Positions 1-17,262 are shown, counted from the first letter of the stretch. The stretch: 64,000 bases of DNA from the human T2T-CHM13v2.0 reference genome, Homo sapiens (GCF_009914755.1 NC_060947.1), one strand, 5' to 3'. The notes: generated by a model not told the origin, from the letters alone. Translations and numbers: made by a program.

Positions 1-155
1 CTTCCCCTGGAAATTGCAAGCCTTTGACAGACTCCAGAGTTCCAAAATAGTTATGTCAGACAGATTATGTCAGTGTAACTGTTATTTCTGTGGGGAGGTG
101 GATTCCTGGTGCTTCCTACTCCACCACCTTCCCAGAATCCTCCTCTAGTCAACAC

Positions 156-430
156 TTTTGTTTTTCACAGAGTTTCACTCTGTTGCCCAAGATGGAGTGC
201 AGTGGTTCAATTATAGCTCATTGCAGCCTGCAACTCCTGGGCTCAAGTGATCCTCCCACCTCAGCTTCCTGAGTAGCTGGGACTACAGGCAAATGCCACC
301 ACACCCAGCTAATTTTTTATTTTTTGTAGAGACAGGGTCTCATGATGCTGCCCAGGCTGGTGTCAAGTGATCCTCCTGCCTTGGCCTTGCAAAGCACTGA
401 GATTACAAGTGGGAGTCGCCATGCCTGGCC
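156..430 (-). mobile_element. Alu (old, AluJ-like)
   Basis: Reverse-complement Alu: T-run, ctctgttgcccaagatggagtgcagtgg ... atgcctggcc; diverged and CpG-depleted. Confidence 0.9.
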
Positions 431-511
431 TTAGTCAACTAATTTTTTTTTTATGAAGTACAAAGCCATTTCAATGGAGAAAGTATTGTCTTTTTAATAA
501 AGGATGCTGGA

Positions 512-764
512 TGTTCTCACTTGTAAGTGGGAGCTGAACAATGAGGATACATGGACACGGGGAGGGAAAGAGCATACACTGGGGCCTGTGCTGGGGGATG
601 CGGGGAGAGGGAGAGCATCAGGAAAAATAGCTAATGCATGCTGGGCTTAATACCTAGGTGATGGGTTGATAGGTGCATCAAACTACCATGGCACACATTT
701 ACCTATGTAACAAGACTGCACAGCCTGCACATGTATCCCGGAACTTAAAATAAAATAAAATAAA
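512..764 (+). mobile_element. L1PA 3' end inserted into an older L1M ORF2 fragment (host ~450-1030)
   Basis: L1 3'UTR (gttctcacttgtaagtgggagctgaacaatgag ... cctgcacatgtatcccggaacttaaaataaaa); TSD aataaaggatgctgga 496-511 vs aataaatgatgcttga 765-780. Confidence 0.88.
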
Positions 765-1858
765 AATAAATGATGCTTGAACAATGGACTATCCATATAC
801 AAAACAAAACAAAAAACAAGGCAAACTTCAACTTAACCTAACACTTTACATGAAAATCAATTCAAATAGACCATAGACCTATTGGTAAAATATAAAATTA
901 TAAAACTTCTAGAAGAAAACATAGGAGGAAATCTTTGTGACCTTAGGTTAGGCAAAGAGTTTTAGACATGATACCCAAAGCATGATCCATAACAGAAAAT
1001 ACTGATACATTGGACATTATAAAAATCAATTACAAGTACAGAAACAGTCTGCAGAAAAAGGTTAAATTCAGAGTATCTGCTCCTGGAATGGTTCATGTTC
1101 TTGTTCCCTCGAATCTGGATGGACAATCTAGTGTTTGCCTCTAAGGACATGCCAGTCTGCCAACAAAGCACTTAACATCTAGTGTATCTGGGCAGTCAGA
1201 AGAGACCAAAGCTGTAAGTCAGTAATCACCAGCAACTGTTGTAGGAGCACTGTGCTGGGAGGAGAGAAACCTGTAAAATACACAGCAACACTGAGCAGAA
1301 TGACAGAAATGCTGTGGGAAAACTGAGGAAGGAGGAGCAAAGGGTCTGAAAAAGGCTTCCCAGTGGGGCAGGCATCTGAGGTGAGTCTTGAAAGATAAGC
1401 TGAATGTTGACAGGCAAAAATAGACAAACACAGATGTGAGAGGTTCAGGCAACACTCCCCCACCCATTATAATTCCAAGAAAATAAAAGGAATACCCATC
1501 ACTGTTACAATTATGCTTACAAGTGCATTCAGAAGAGGGGCAGTTCACCCAGTTGGAAAGGAAATAGAGTTTTCCAGATGGCGATGCCAAAGCTTAGTCT
1601 TGCAGGGTAAGCAGGAATTAGCAAAAGTAAAGGAAAGGCAAGCCTCAGTAAAGACCCTGAACTCGGAAGCCCATGCTGGATCAACAAGAGAGCGAATACT
1701 CCCTGATTGCTCGACGTTTAGAGAGGCTGGGAACCGGACTTGTTTTACAGGCAAGTGGGGCCCTGTCATAGAGAACTTGGAAAGACACGCTATAGAGTGG
1801 AGCCCTGATCCTGAACATCTTGGAGATCCAGGAAAGATTCCTAAGGAGGATGGTGACA

Positions 1859-2280
<422 letters not shown>

Positions 2281-2581
2281 TGAAAGAAAAACAGCAGTAA
2301 AGAGACAGGAGACATTAGAGAAGTAGGTTTGAAGTCAGAAGTGAAGAGGATCAAAAAGTTATTGATGATGCATCTGAGAGGGCCACAACAATGGCTGCTG
2401 TTTCATTTTCTGAAACTTCGTAATCAGAAGCAGTGATCAGTGATAGTAGCACAGATCCCTCATATTGGAACAATGCAAAGGAAAATAATTCAAAGGAAAG
2501 TTAAAGTACACCTTAGCTTGGATACTGCAAGTACTATTTATCAACTTTCACAGCCACAGAGTGGTAACACTTTCTTTAGAG

Positions 2582-5826
<3,245 letters not shown>

Positions 5827-6949
5827 TAGAGCTCACAGTGTACTTCTGAGTTCAGCTTGGATTTCTCACTTCATGCTCCAATCCCTAAACTGAGTTTGAC
5901 ACAAGCTGTGAAGATTTAGATTTAGCTGGGGACGCTGTCATTAGACACCAGGCTTGAATGAGGGAAAATAGCTTCTTAACAAAGATCTTAACATTTTTTG
6001 AATGTTCACTTTGTCCATGGTTAGTTAAATGTAACTTTAGTGTAAATTATAGCATTTATTTGCTTTTATCTCTAGGAAATAATATGGAGCCACATAGATT
6101 ACAGTAATTTGCCATTTTGCAAAAACACCAGAAGGTTAGAGTCCCTGATATATTTCTTTAATCACCAATTGCTACTGGACACCTCCCTTGTGCCAGGCAG
6201 TAAACTGGGCACTAGGCATCTGACAGTGATGAAGACCGACATTGTCCCTTCCCTCATTTCTAGTGGGGAAGACAGACACAAGACAGTTGTAAGAGGTTCA
6301 GGCAACACCCATATTTTCTTCCTAATTTCAAGATTAAAATAAAATGAACAGCCCTTGCTATATTATAATTAATCCACAAGTTCATTCAGAAGAGAGGCCA
6401 GACACCCAGATGGCAAAGAAGAAAAGAGAGCTTCCCAGACAGAGATGCCAAGGCAGCGGCTTGAAGGGTCAGTGGGAATTAGTGGAGCAGTATGGTTATA
6501 ATCTTCCACAATGATAATATATTTTTGCTATTTTACCATTTGTTCTAATATATTTTCTTTGTGTTTATTTTACATCATTTTCTTAAGTGTATATAAGATT
6601 AGAATTTTTACATTCATTGTGAATTGAATCATTATGGAAGGGCCCTCTCAATTCCAATGAATACTTTTTGTCTTAGTCTTTTCAGTTTGCTAGTAATATC
6701 ACTGACCTTGCTTTATTTTGATTAGCATGGGCCTGGCAAATTTTCTTCCATCCCTTTATTTCAAACTTTTCTGTATTCTTATGATTTGCTAGGTTTGGCA
6801 TAAACAGTATATGACTGGATTTGTCAATTTTTACACAAAATGACAACCATTAACTGGAGCATTTACTCCATTAACAACTTTTTTTGGGGTCTCTTTTGTA
6901 ATTTGAATTAAAGCAATTGCTATTCATTTTTTTTAACTCTCTCTTATAA

Positions 6950-7293
<344 letters not shown>

Positions 7294-7319
7294 CTTATTA
7301 TTTGTTTTAAAAAAATGCT

Positions 7320-7478
7320 TTAAAATTTTTTTATTTTATCTTATTTTAAGTTCCAGGATACACACGAAGGATGTGCAGGTTTGTTACATAGGTAAACGTG
7401 TGCCATGGTGGTTTGCTGCACCTATCAACCCATCACCTAGGTATTAAGCCTCACGAGCATTAGCTATTTATCGTGATG
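7320..7478 (-). mobile_element. Short L1PA 3' end inside the SMS retrocopy 3'UTR
   Basis: tgtgcaggtttgttacataggtaaacgtgtgccatggtggtttgctgc; TSD ataagcaccaaa at 6946-6957 and 7479-7490 encloses both the L1 and the Alu. Confidence 0.88.
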
Positions 7479-9256
7479 ATAAGCACCAAACTTTAATATG
7501 TAAGTCAATTTTGGGGGAAGGAAACATCATCAAGAACTTCCTTCTGAAACAAAACAATGATGTTCATTCCTTCAAACATCCAAATTGAAGGTGTACCAAA
7601 ATGAAAACAAAAAAAGTCCACAGAGAAATAAAAAGGAACACAAATCACATTCCAGGGGGTTAGTGCATTTAGCAGTCTTAGCTGTGCTGTCTAACCATCC
7701 TTCAACTGACTTTCAAAAAAAAAACCCTATACTCATCAAAATATACATTTTCCATTTGCTGTTTTAAAATTAAAAATAATAATTGAAAAAGGAAAACTCT
7801 AAGGAAGTCACAATTAATTGCGTGACTCATTTTGATGTCATGTATAGCATATGGAGGTCAGGAAGGCTATTTGCAGCACACAGGATTAGAGGATATTTGT
7901 CTTCGAGGTTTAGCTTTCTTCCAAATGGTGTAAAATACCCACAATTCCAAGTATGAAGAGACACGGACTATTTCCTTTGAGAATTCCAAAGGACAATACA
8001 GGCACCCCAGCTGTTCTTCATAGAGAGACAGGGCTTCCGTCAGATTGACAGAGTTCCCCTTGTGTAAAATATTTCACATCTTGTTTCAATACTTTCATTG
8101 AGAGGTCAGGAATCAGTCTGAGAAACTCCCATGTGGAATCTTCTGGAGACATGGAGATTGGAACAGCTATCAAATCATTAATCACATAATCAAATTATCT
8201 CCCTTCTTTGGCATACCTTTTCAGTACTGGAATGCAGTACTGAACCTCATATAGCAGTCTCCTTTAAGATTATCTAAGACATCACCACAAGTTTTTCACA
8301 TATATTTCCTACATCCATCAATCACCATTTCGTCAATCTCTATCATAGTGACCATCTTTAGTTTTAGTTCGGCTATTTCACACAATATGCCCCCATCTCG
8401 GCCTCCCAGAATGAGTACATCTTTGCCGATGCAAACTTTGCCACTGCCCATGATGGCCCAGGTATATGTCAAATCACTCTATGCCAAATTAACATTCCCA
8501 CTAAGGATGAGAATATTTCCAAATTGCTTCGAGTGTAGAATTTTAATGTTCTGATAAGGTGAATCTTCATCATATACCACTTCATCTATGTTGTATTCAA
8601 CCAGGAGTCCATCTGCGGTGGGCCAGTATCTGTCGATGGCTCCTCCTGGAACTATAGGTGGTAATTGCCTCATCTGCCAACTACTGTCCTGACTCAATTC
8701 TTTCATTCTTTCTTCTCCTTTGTTCAAAAGACTGTCGATCTCTTCTTTGCCTTGTGCATCACCATCGTAACTCTGAAGGTCCAATAACTCCAATCTATGT
8801 GAGTAAATTCTCAAATTGGCAAAGCTGCCGTTTTTTTGTGTGTGTGCAGGTTGCTAAACAGCGGTGTGGTCCTGCCCGGTGTCCACCGGTTCTGCCATCC
8901 CCTGCTCCTGGAAAATGGACTGGAGCCCTTTTAGAATGGTCTCGCCATCAGCTTTGGCGCTGAGCATGAAGTCGAGTGTGCTGTGCCATGCCGCTGCCAT
9001 AGTGAGGCGAGACCCTGAGCCATGCCTGGGGAAGGCGGCCGTGGGAGACTGAGGGGCCGCGCAGCATGTCAGGCTTCCGCCCCATTAACAACTTTTTAAA
9101 AAGTTACTGATCATGTAATAAAGGATGAACTTCAAATGTGAATTTATTCCTACTTTCATACATTTCGCTATTTTCCTGCACTTTTAATAAATCTTTTCCT
9201 AGTTTCCTGACTTTAAAAAAATGATGTGATTTTTGTTTGTTTTTTCTCATTGCCTA

Positions 9257-9796
<540 letters not shown>

Positions 9797-9863
9797 TTAT
9801 TCAAAATAATTGGAAATTATAAGAGGAGCAATTTTCTTGTTATATATGATACTGCAATGATCA

Positions 9864-10120
9864 ATCACCTACAAAATGTAATGCATGAGTCCAACAGGAC
9901 CCAAAGAGGGTAACAATAGACATTGGGGTCTACTTGACGGTGGAGGGTGGGAGGAGGGTAAGGATTGAAAAACTCCCTGTCAGGTACTATATTCACTATC
10001 TGGGTGATGAAATCTTTTGTACTCCAAACCCCAGCAACTCTCAATTTATCCATATAACAAACCTGCACATGGACCCCTGAACCTAAAATAAAAGTTGGAA
10101 GAAAAAAAATAAAAATAAGC
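9864..10120 (+). mobile_element. L1MA-type 3' end
   Basis: gggtaacaatagacattggggtctacttga ... acaaacctgcacatggacccctgaacctaaaataaaag. Confidence 0.85.
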
Positions 10121-10962
10121 CAAAACAAAATGTGGGAACTGTGCACACATGGCTGTACTGTTTCTCTGTAACTATGCTCTTGAACTTGGGTGGTACAACA
10201 GCTCCGTCCAAGTGTTGAGCAAGCCCGAATTGGACACATTTAGAAAGGGGCGGGACAAGGGTGCTTCCCGAAGCTTCTCTTTCGCAGCTTTTTGGCTGCA
10301 CCTCACACGAGGCTCCGTGGTTCAGCACCTACTTGATGCTGAGGTATTTTGCAAGAGCTTTGATGAGAGACTGAGTTTCATGATTGGAGAGTGGATGTAG
10401 GATCTTTGAAGGAAATTTGGGGGTTGATAATGGAGGTTTTTGGAATCACAATAGGGACTTGCTGTAAGTTGAGTTGAATGCTCCCAGTCAGATCCTCTGA
10501 TGGGTAATTTGTTTCCATTTTTCTTCTTTTCTCATATTAAGATGAGAAAAGAACTTTAAGATGGCTTAAAGTTCCATCTAAGACAATAAGTTGAGTATTA
10601 TTGTTTTCATAATAGTTAAGTGTTTTCTAATTTCTTTTTACCAAGAGTTATTTATATGTGTTTCCAATTAACAAAAGCTAAGCCTTTTATTGATTTCTAA
10701 TGCACCTTATCTGTGTGCTGTGTGGTGCTTATTCATCGGAATGTGTTTAGAGTCCCTTTAAGACTAAGTTCAAGGTCCATTTTTATTAATATTGTATCTC
10801 TAGCTTGAAGATAGTATGAGTTCTCCAACTGATACTGTTTTGTTCAAGATGCGTATTGGTCCTGTGTGTGTTCTTGTTTCCTTAATTGCCGAGAGTAGTG
10901 ACTTGTTTGCATGTGTTGATATATATGATGCACACAGAAATATGTACATATGTACGTATATA

Positions 10963-11212
10963 TTTTGAGATGGAATCTCGCCGTGTCGCCCAGGCTGGAG
11001 TGCGGTGGTGCGATCTCGCCTGGAGTGCAGTGGCGCGATCGTGGCTCACTGCAGCCTCTACCTCCTGGGCTCAAGAGATCCTCCTGCCTTGGCTTTCTGA
11101 GTAGCTAGGACCATAGGCGCGCGCCACTACACCTGGCTAATATTTTTTAAAATTTTTTTCTAGAGATGAGATCTCGCGATGTTGCCTCAGGCTGGTCTCG
11201 ATCTCCTGGGCC
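10963..11212 (-). mobile_element. CpG-rich truncated Alu with an internal ~25-bp duplication
   Basis: ctggagtgcggtggtgcgatctcgc immediately followed by ctggagtgcagtggcgcgatc (10995-11040). Confidence 0.88.
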
Positions 11213-11289
11213 GCAAAAGTATATTTGTATATTTATGCATTTTATGTGGCGATATTGGGCACAGGTAGGAGTACTTTTCAGAATAAAGA

Positions 11290-11760
11290 CTGTAAAATTT
11301 CGCTAGGTGGGTGGGTCAGGGCCGGTAGGCCCCGATGTGGCCTGTGCAGGTAGGGAGGAGGGTCAGGGCTTGGCGTCTTAACATGTTTCAGCGGGCTGTG
11401 AGGTGAGGCCGCGTCCTTTCTGTCCCAGAATGCGGAGGGGCTTGTGGTGCTGTAAGAGTCTGGGAAGGGGGTGGAGCCTGGCAAGGGGCGGGGCTGGGTA
11501 TGACCGGACGCCATGTGCACTGGAGGCCCACAGGGCACGAAGGGTAAGGTGAGTCTGAGCGTCCCTAAACCCGTCCGCCCATCCATCCACCGTTTGATCA
11601 TCCCTCAATCCATCCGCCCATCCATCCACCATTCGATCACCCATTCACTCTTGCCCCAGGCGCGCAGGAGTGGGTAGGCGGAACCTGGGGAGACTAGCGG
11701 AGGAGGCCAGGCAGTGAGGCAGACTGAATTTGTCTGAGGGGCGGGGCCAAGTGTGTTTGG
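11290..11760 (+). promoter_or_regulatory. GC/CpG-enriched promoter-like segment upstream of the CXXC1 paralog
   Basis: Locally elevated CpG; GC boxes ggggcggggc near 11486 and 11738; candidate donor(s) in agggtaaggtgagt ~11541-11554. Activity is inferred only. Confidence 0.5.
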
Positions 11761-13170
11761 GCAGGCAGAGGTGGACTTGTCTGGGTCCATCGTGTTGGGT
11801 AAGCAGGGTAGCCTGTGTGTCTTGGAGGGAGGGGTGGATCAGGCTGAGCAGAGCAAATCTGAAGGGGTGGCACCCAGATTTTCTGGGCGGATAGGCAGGC
11901 CGTTATGCATGGAGGTAGGCAAGTTGGGGGCAGATGTGTCCAGGTGGACCAACCAAGTGTGTCTGGATAAGGGATAAGGTGGGCAGGCAGGACCAGATGG
12001 TATCAGTCATTCCCAGGCAGGCAGGGCCTAGTGTGTCCAGCAGGTGCAGTTGCCCCAGGCTAGATTGGCCTGAGGGTGAGGCCAGGAGTGTTGGGGAAGG
12101 GTGGTTTTTCCCTACCCACTTAGGGCTGACCAACAGCCCTCTTTCTAAGAGCATGGGAATCCTACTAGTAATCTCTGGCCCCTGGTGAGTCCAGGACACA
12201 GGGTAGACAGGGAGTCGGGCTGATGCTGAGGGTCTGCCCCTCAGACCTTGCCTGTAACACCCCCAGAGACCTTGCTGTGGTCCCACTGGACACTGGCCAC
12301 TTGACAGCTGCCTCAAACGCAGAAGTCCGGGCTAGCCCAGAAGTACCAGATGGCAGTGGTGCCACTGGCAGTAAGGGAGGCACCTGGGCAACAGCCACAC
12401 CTCAGCTGTTGTCTGAAGAGGACCTGCCTTGGCACTGTGACCTGTACCAGGACACTTGCAGAGGGGATTTTTGGCAATCAGAGCCTGGCAAGTGTGAGGG
12501 AGGGCCCTGGGGTAGAAGGTTGGGGACAATGAGGGCAGTGAGGTTCAGCAGTGAGGTGACAGGAGGCAGGGAGTATCCAAAGACCACTTTGAGAAAACAG
12601 TTGTGTGGAGTGTGTCAGTATTTCCTGATCTGCAGCCTTGGGTGAGTGACATCAAGAAGCTCTAGCTCATGGATCCCACAGGCAGAAGCAGGCAATGAAT
12701 GTGAAGCACATGAAGAGTTTGAAGAAAAAGGTAGAGCAGAAGGTGACGAATTGAATGGGGAGCATGAAGGCAGGTCGGGGGTGGAATGCAGGGCAGGGGT
12801 GCAGGATTGGGGGTTGATATCAACCCTCCTGATCCTGCCCTGACCACTCTTGTCCTGAAGAAGGAGAAGCAGCAGACGCAGAAAAGGAAGCACACAGGCA
12901 AGTGGAAGCATCCGGAGCATGTCAAGGACCCAGCCTCACCACGGCAGTGCCTGGGACCCGGCTGTGTGTATCCCACCTGGCCAGGCTCCAAGTACTGTTC
13001 AGATGACTGTGGCATGAGGCTGGCAGGTGCGTGAGTGCACCTCGAGGTTAAGGGACAAAGGCAAAGTAAGGTGTGATCTATGCCATCTGTAATTCCACTC
13101 AGCCACCCACCCATCCACCGTCATAGTCACCCACTCACTGAACTGCCCATCCACATTACATCCACCAGGA

Positions 13171-13266
13171 TGCTCATCCACCCTTATAGCCACTCATCCA
13201 CCTGCTCATTCACCCTCATAGCCACTCACCCACCTGCTCATCCACCCTTATAGCCACTCACCCACC
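13171..13266. repeat. 32-bp minisatellite x3 within (CCAT/CCAC)-rich intron sequence
   Basis: tgctcatccacccttatagccactcatccacc at 13171, 13203 and 13235 with few mismatches. Confidence 0.9.
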
Positions 13267-14561
13267 TGCCCCTCCACCCATCCACCCACCCGTCCACTGT
13301 TCAACCACCCATTCACCAACGTGCACTCATCCACCACTCAGTACCCTATAGAGTCACCATTTGGTAGCTCATCTTTCTCATTCCTCTGATGTCCCCATCT
13401 ACCCATTTCATTTCTTGCTCTCTCTTCTTTCAGCCACATCAATAACATCCTTCCCCAGCACATCCAGCAGTGGCAAAGGAGCCCCTGCATTGCCAATGAG
13501 CATGGCAAGAAAATGCTCGAGCACATCCACCATAAGCAACAGAACACCTATACTTGCCTGAAGGACATGGAGCACCATTTCCATGAACTTGAGGCCATCA
13601 TTCTGCATGGCAAACAGCAGGCTGTGTGCACGGATTACTAGGCGAGAGGGCATTGGCGAGGTAGAGCTTAAAGGTACCGGGCCTCTGGTCCTGTCCTCCC
13701 CATCCTGTACTGCTTCCCTGGTCCCTCCATTGTCCTGTGCAGAGCAACAAAGGTGAAAAGGGCAGCAAAGACCTGCAGATCTTTTGCGCCTCCTGCAGGC
13801 GGCCCATCTCTAAGCGTGTCACCTTTCACCACATGGAGCACTGCTTTGCCAAGGTTGGAACATTGGCTGGGAGTCAGATGGGACGAGGGTGTTTTTGGTT
13901 GGGTGGGGTGGCACATGGGTGGGGTCCATGTGGTGGGGGCAGATTTGGCGCCTGGATATTTGTCATAGGAGGAATGCAACACACATCCATGGCTTCCCCT
14001 GTGTGTGCTCTTCCCCCATGCCCAGTATGAAAGCCAAGGTCAGGGCATTAACCAGTGATGAAGGGGACACTGGCTGTGCAGACGGGAGCATAGGGTCTGC
14101 AGGGGACAACAGACCTGGTGTTTGGAGCTTTATTGTAGGAGGACATGCAGCATATGTCCACAGTTCCTCCCATTTGTGCTCTTTCTTCTCCAGTATGAGT
14201 GCCAATTGCCCGTTGGGTCCCTGTACCCTACTTGTATTGAAAGGTGAGTGTGGGGGCTAGTAAGGGTCGAAGGCATTACGTGGACAGGGTCAGAAGCAAG
14301 GTTGAGCAAGGTCAGGGGCAGGATGTGGGTGGGCTCAGAGGCAGAGGCGGGTGTAATTAGAGGCATGGTATGGGTGGGGTCTGGGACAAGGTACAGGTAG
14401 GGTTCTGGGGTGGGACCTCACTCCTCCTGACTCTTAGCACCTCACTTTTCCACCCCCCATCCAGGGCCACATGGCTCTTCTGTGATGTCTACAATCTGAA
14501 AAGTAAGAGGTACTGTAAGCGCCTCCAGGTGCTGTGTCCTGAGCACTCTTGGGACCCCAAG

Positions 14562-15473
14562 GTGAGACCCTTCCTTACCTCATCACCCTCCATTCCTCCA
14601 ATCCTCCCTGCCTGACTGCCCTCCTCATCTCCTCAGCAACTCCTGTGTGTCCTCCTTCCCTTCCCGACCACCCCACATTCCATGCTCATTGCTGCCTCTC
14701 ACCCTCTCTTCTTCCTTTTCTCTCTACCTGGCTGTCTGTGTTCATGACCTCCTTGCCCGACCACCTTCTGGGTGGTCCTGCCCCTCCTCACTGCATAAGC
14801 ACCCCCTAATTCTGCTCCTCTTCTTGCTCAACCATCCTCCCTTCCTGCCCCACCCCCTGCCTGGCCAACTCCCTCTTCCCTCCTCCTTGTGTGGCGCCCT
14901 CAACTTCTCTTCCTCACTTTCTGACTTTCCTCCATTCTGATCATTCTCTCTGCCTGACTGTCCCCGATTCTATTTTCTGCCTGTCATCTACATCCTTTCT
15001 TCCTCCCTGTTTGACTGCTCCCCATTCTCTCCCTCCACCCTCCTCTCCTTCACCTCAGCCCTCACCTCCCCTCTGCCTCAACAAGCCCCACTCATCTACT
15101 TCTCCTCCTTGGACCACCCTCAACCCTCCCCTCCTCTGCCGGACTGCTTTCCAGCCTTCCAGCTCTCCAGCTCTCCCTGGCCCACCTGCCCTCCAGCCAT
15201 CCCTCCTTCTGTTGGATCTCTTTCTGTGCTTCTGTTCTTTCTGCCTGATCACCTGCATTCTTCCATCCCTGCTTAGTCTACCTCATTCCTCTATCCTCTA
15301 TGCCTGATCACCCGCTATTTGTCCTCTCTTCTCTGAATTCCTCTCTTCCTCCTGCCTGATCACTCCCCATCCCTCTCCTCTCTGTCCTCCATCTCCCTAT
15401 TGTTCCCCTGTGCCTGATCATTCCCCAGGGCTTCGCTCCTTCATAACTCATCCTCCTTTGTTCTTCACCATAG
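14562..15473. repeat. CT-rich low-complexity intron
   Basis: ~900 bp strongly pyrimidine-biased on the plus strand. Confidence 0.85.
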
Positions 15474-15892
15474 ATGTCAAAGGATGAGGTGGGTGGTTGT
15501 CCGCTCGTGCACAATGTCTTTGAGTTCACGGGTAATTTTTGTTGCCTCCCCAAATGCCTGTGCAACCACCACTACAGCTGGGAGAAGCTGAGGCGTGCCG
15601 TGGACCTGGAGTGCATGCAGGCTGTTAGGTGCCATGCCGAGGGGGCTGAGGGATGGGGTAGGATCCTGGACTCCCTCTCGCATATTCAGGTCCCACAGTT
15701 GCACAAGCTGGAACAGCTGTTTGAGCAGGAGCAGAAGGTGCGCACGTCTATGATGAACCGGGTGGGGCTGCTGGCTCTGATGCTGCACGGGACGATCCAG
15801 CACGACCCGTTCACCAGTGACCTGTGCTCCAGGGTGGACATTTAAGCCTTGCTGGACCTAGGTCCCGTATTCCACACTCTGTGTAAAGGTGA

Positions 15893-16248
<356 letters not shown>

Positions 16249-16964
16249 TCCATGCACCTTTTTCTTAGGGCATCTTGGAGTTTCTCTCTGTGCTTCTCTG
16301 TCCACCACTTGGTCTCTTGTCTCTCTGTCTACCACTCCTTGGTGGTGGTCAGGGGGATTGTTTAAAATTCCCCATTCCCATCCATTCCTCCATCCCTTTC
16401 CCTTTCTTCCCTGAACCTGGGTGAGGCCAAGGGATCTGCCCTGCCGTTACATCCACTGTCTAGAGTTTTCTTCACCGACTTTGGAAGAACAAGGATTTTG
16501 ATATCTCATGATGTTCCCTAAACCTGTCTCTCTGGCTGCAAACCCAATTCCAAACCTCCAATAGTCGGTGGGTGACAGGCCTCGCCTGTCATGACCATCA
16601 TGCCCCCACACGCACCCATCTTGTCCCATTCCTGACCATCCCACGAGGTCCTTGCCCTGTCAGCCTTGGCCCATCTCAGTCCAACCCTAGTCTGTCCTGC
16701 CTTTCACTTCTGGGCCCCCTCCCCCCACCACCCTGCTCTGAGTGTGCCCTGTCCTTTCCAGCCTGTCCTGTCACACCTATTTCACACCTGTAGGTTTGCC
16801 AGAAGGTGACTTCTGCCACATCTGCCTTTGCCAGCCCCTAGCCAGGCCTTCTGTGCCATTGGAGGTGCGTCCAGTAGTGTTGCTTGTGGGTGCTGGTATG
16901 TCTCCAATGACAGACCTGAACGACCTTTCCTATTTTTTTTCCTATGCTCACTGATTCCTTATGA

Positions 16965-17262
<298 letters not shown>

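Larger units (their letters stand above)
12150..15845 (+). pseudogene. CXXC1P1: Unprocessed (intron-containing) paralog/pseudogene of CXXC1 (CFP1), no recognisable PHD or CXXC exons
   Basis: Exon-like segments: ~12156-12184 (ESY**), 12245-~12487 (LPVTPPETL..ATATPQLLSEEDLP..DLYQD), 12636-12742, 12861-13030 (KWKHPE..QCLGPGCV..SKYCSDDCGMRLA), 13434-13641, 13743-13853 (DLQIFCASC..MEHCFAK), 14194-14243, 14465-14561 (LFCDVYN..YCKRLQVLCPEH..DPK), 15474-15623, 15699-15845 (LFEQE..GLLALMLH.TIQHDP). Most are bounded by AG and GT/GC, and they are collinear with the CXXC1 C-terminal half. Symbol from recall. Confidence 0.93.

Noticed and set aside
11934-11990. GGPTKC peptide as a remnant of the CXXC motif (KFGGPNK)
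   Set aside because: Only 4 residues match, with no flanking CxxC spacing or splice sites
13171-13266. 32-bp repeats as a CRISPR-like array
   Set aside because: Head-to-tail with no spacers, in a eukaryotic intron; a minisatellite
15624-15698. 75-nt in-frame stop-free last intron as a coding insertion
   Set aside because: Short GC-rich introns are often open by chance; splice sites are intact
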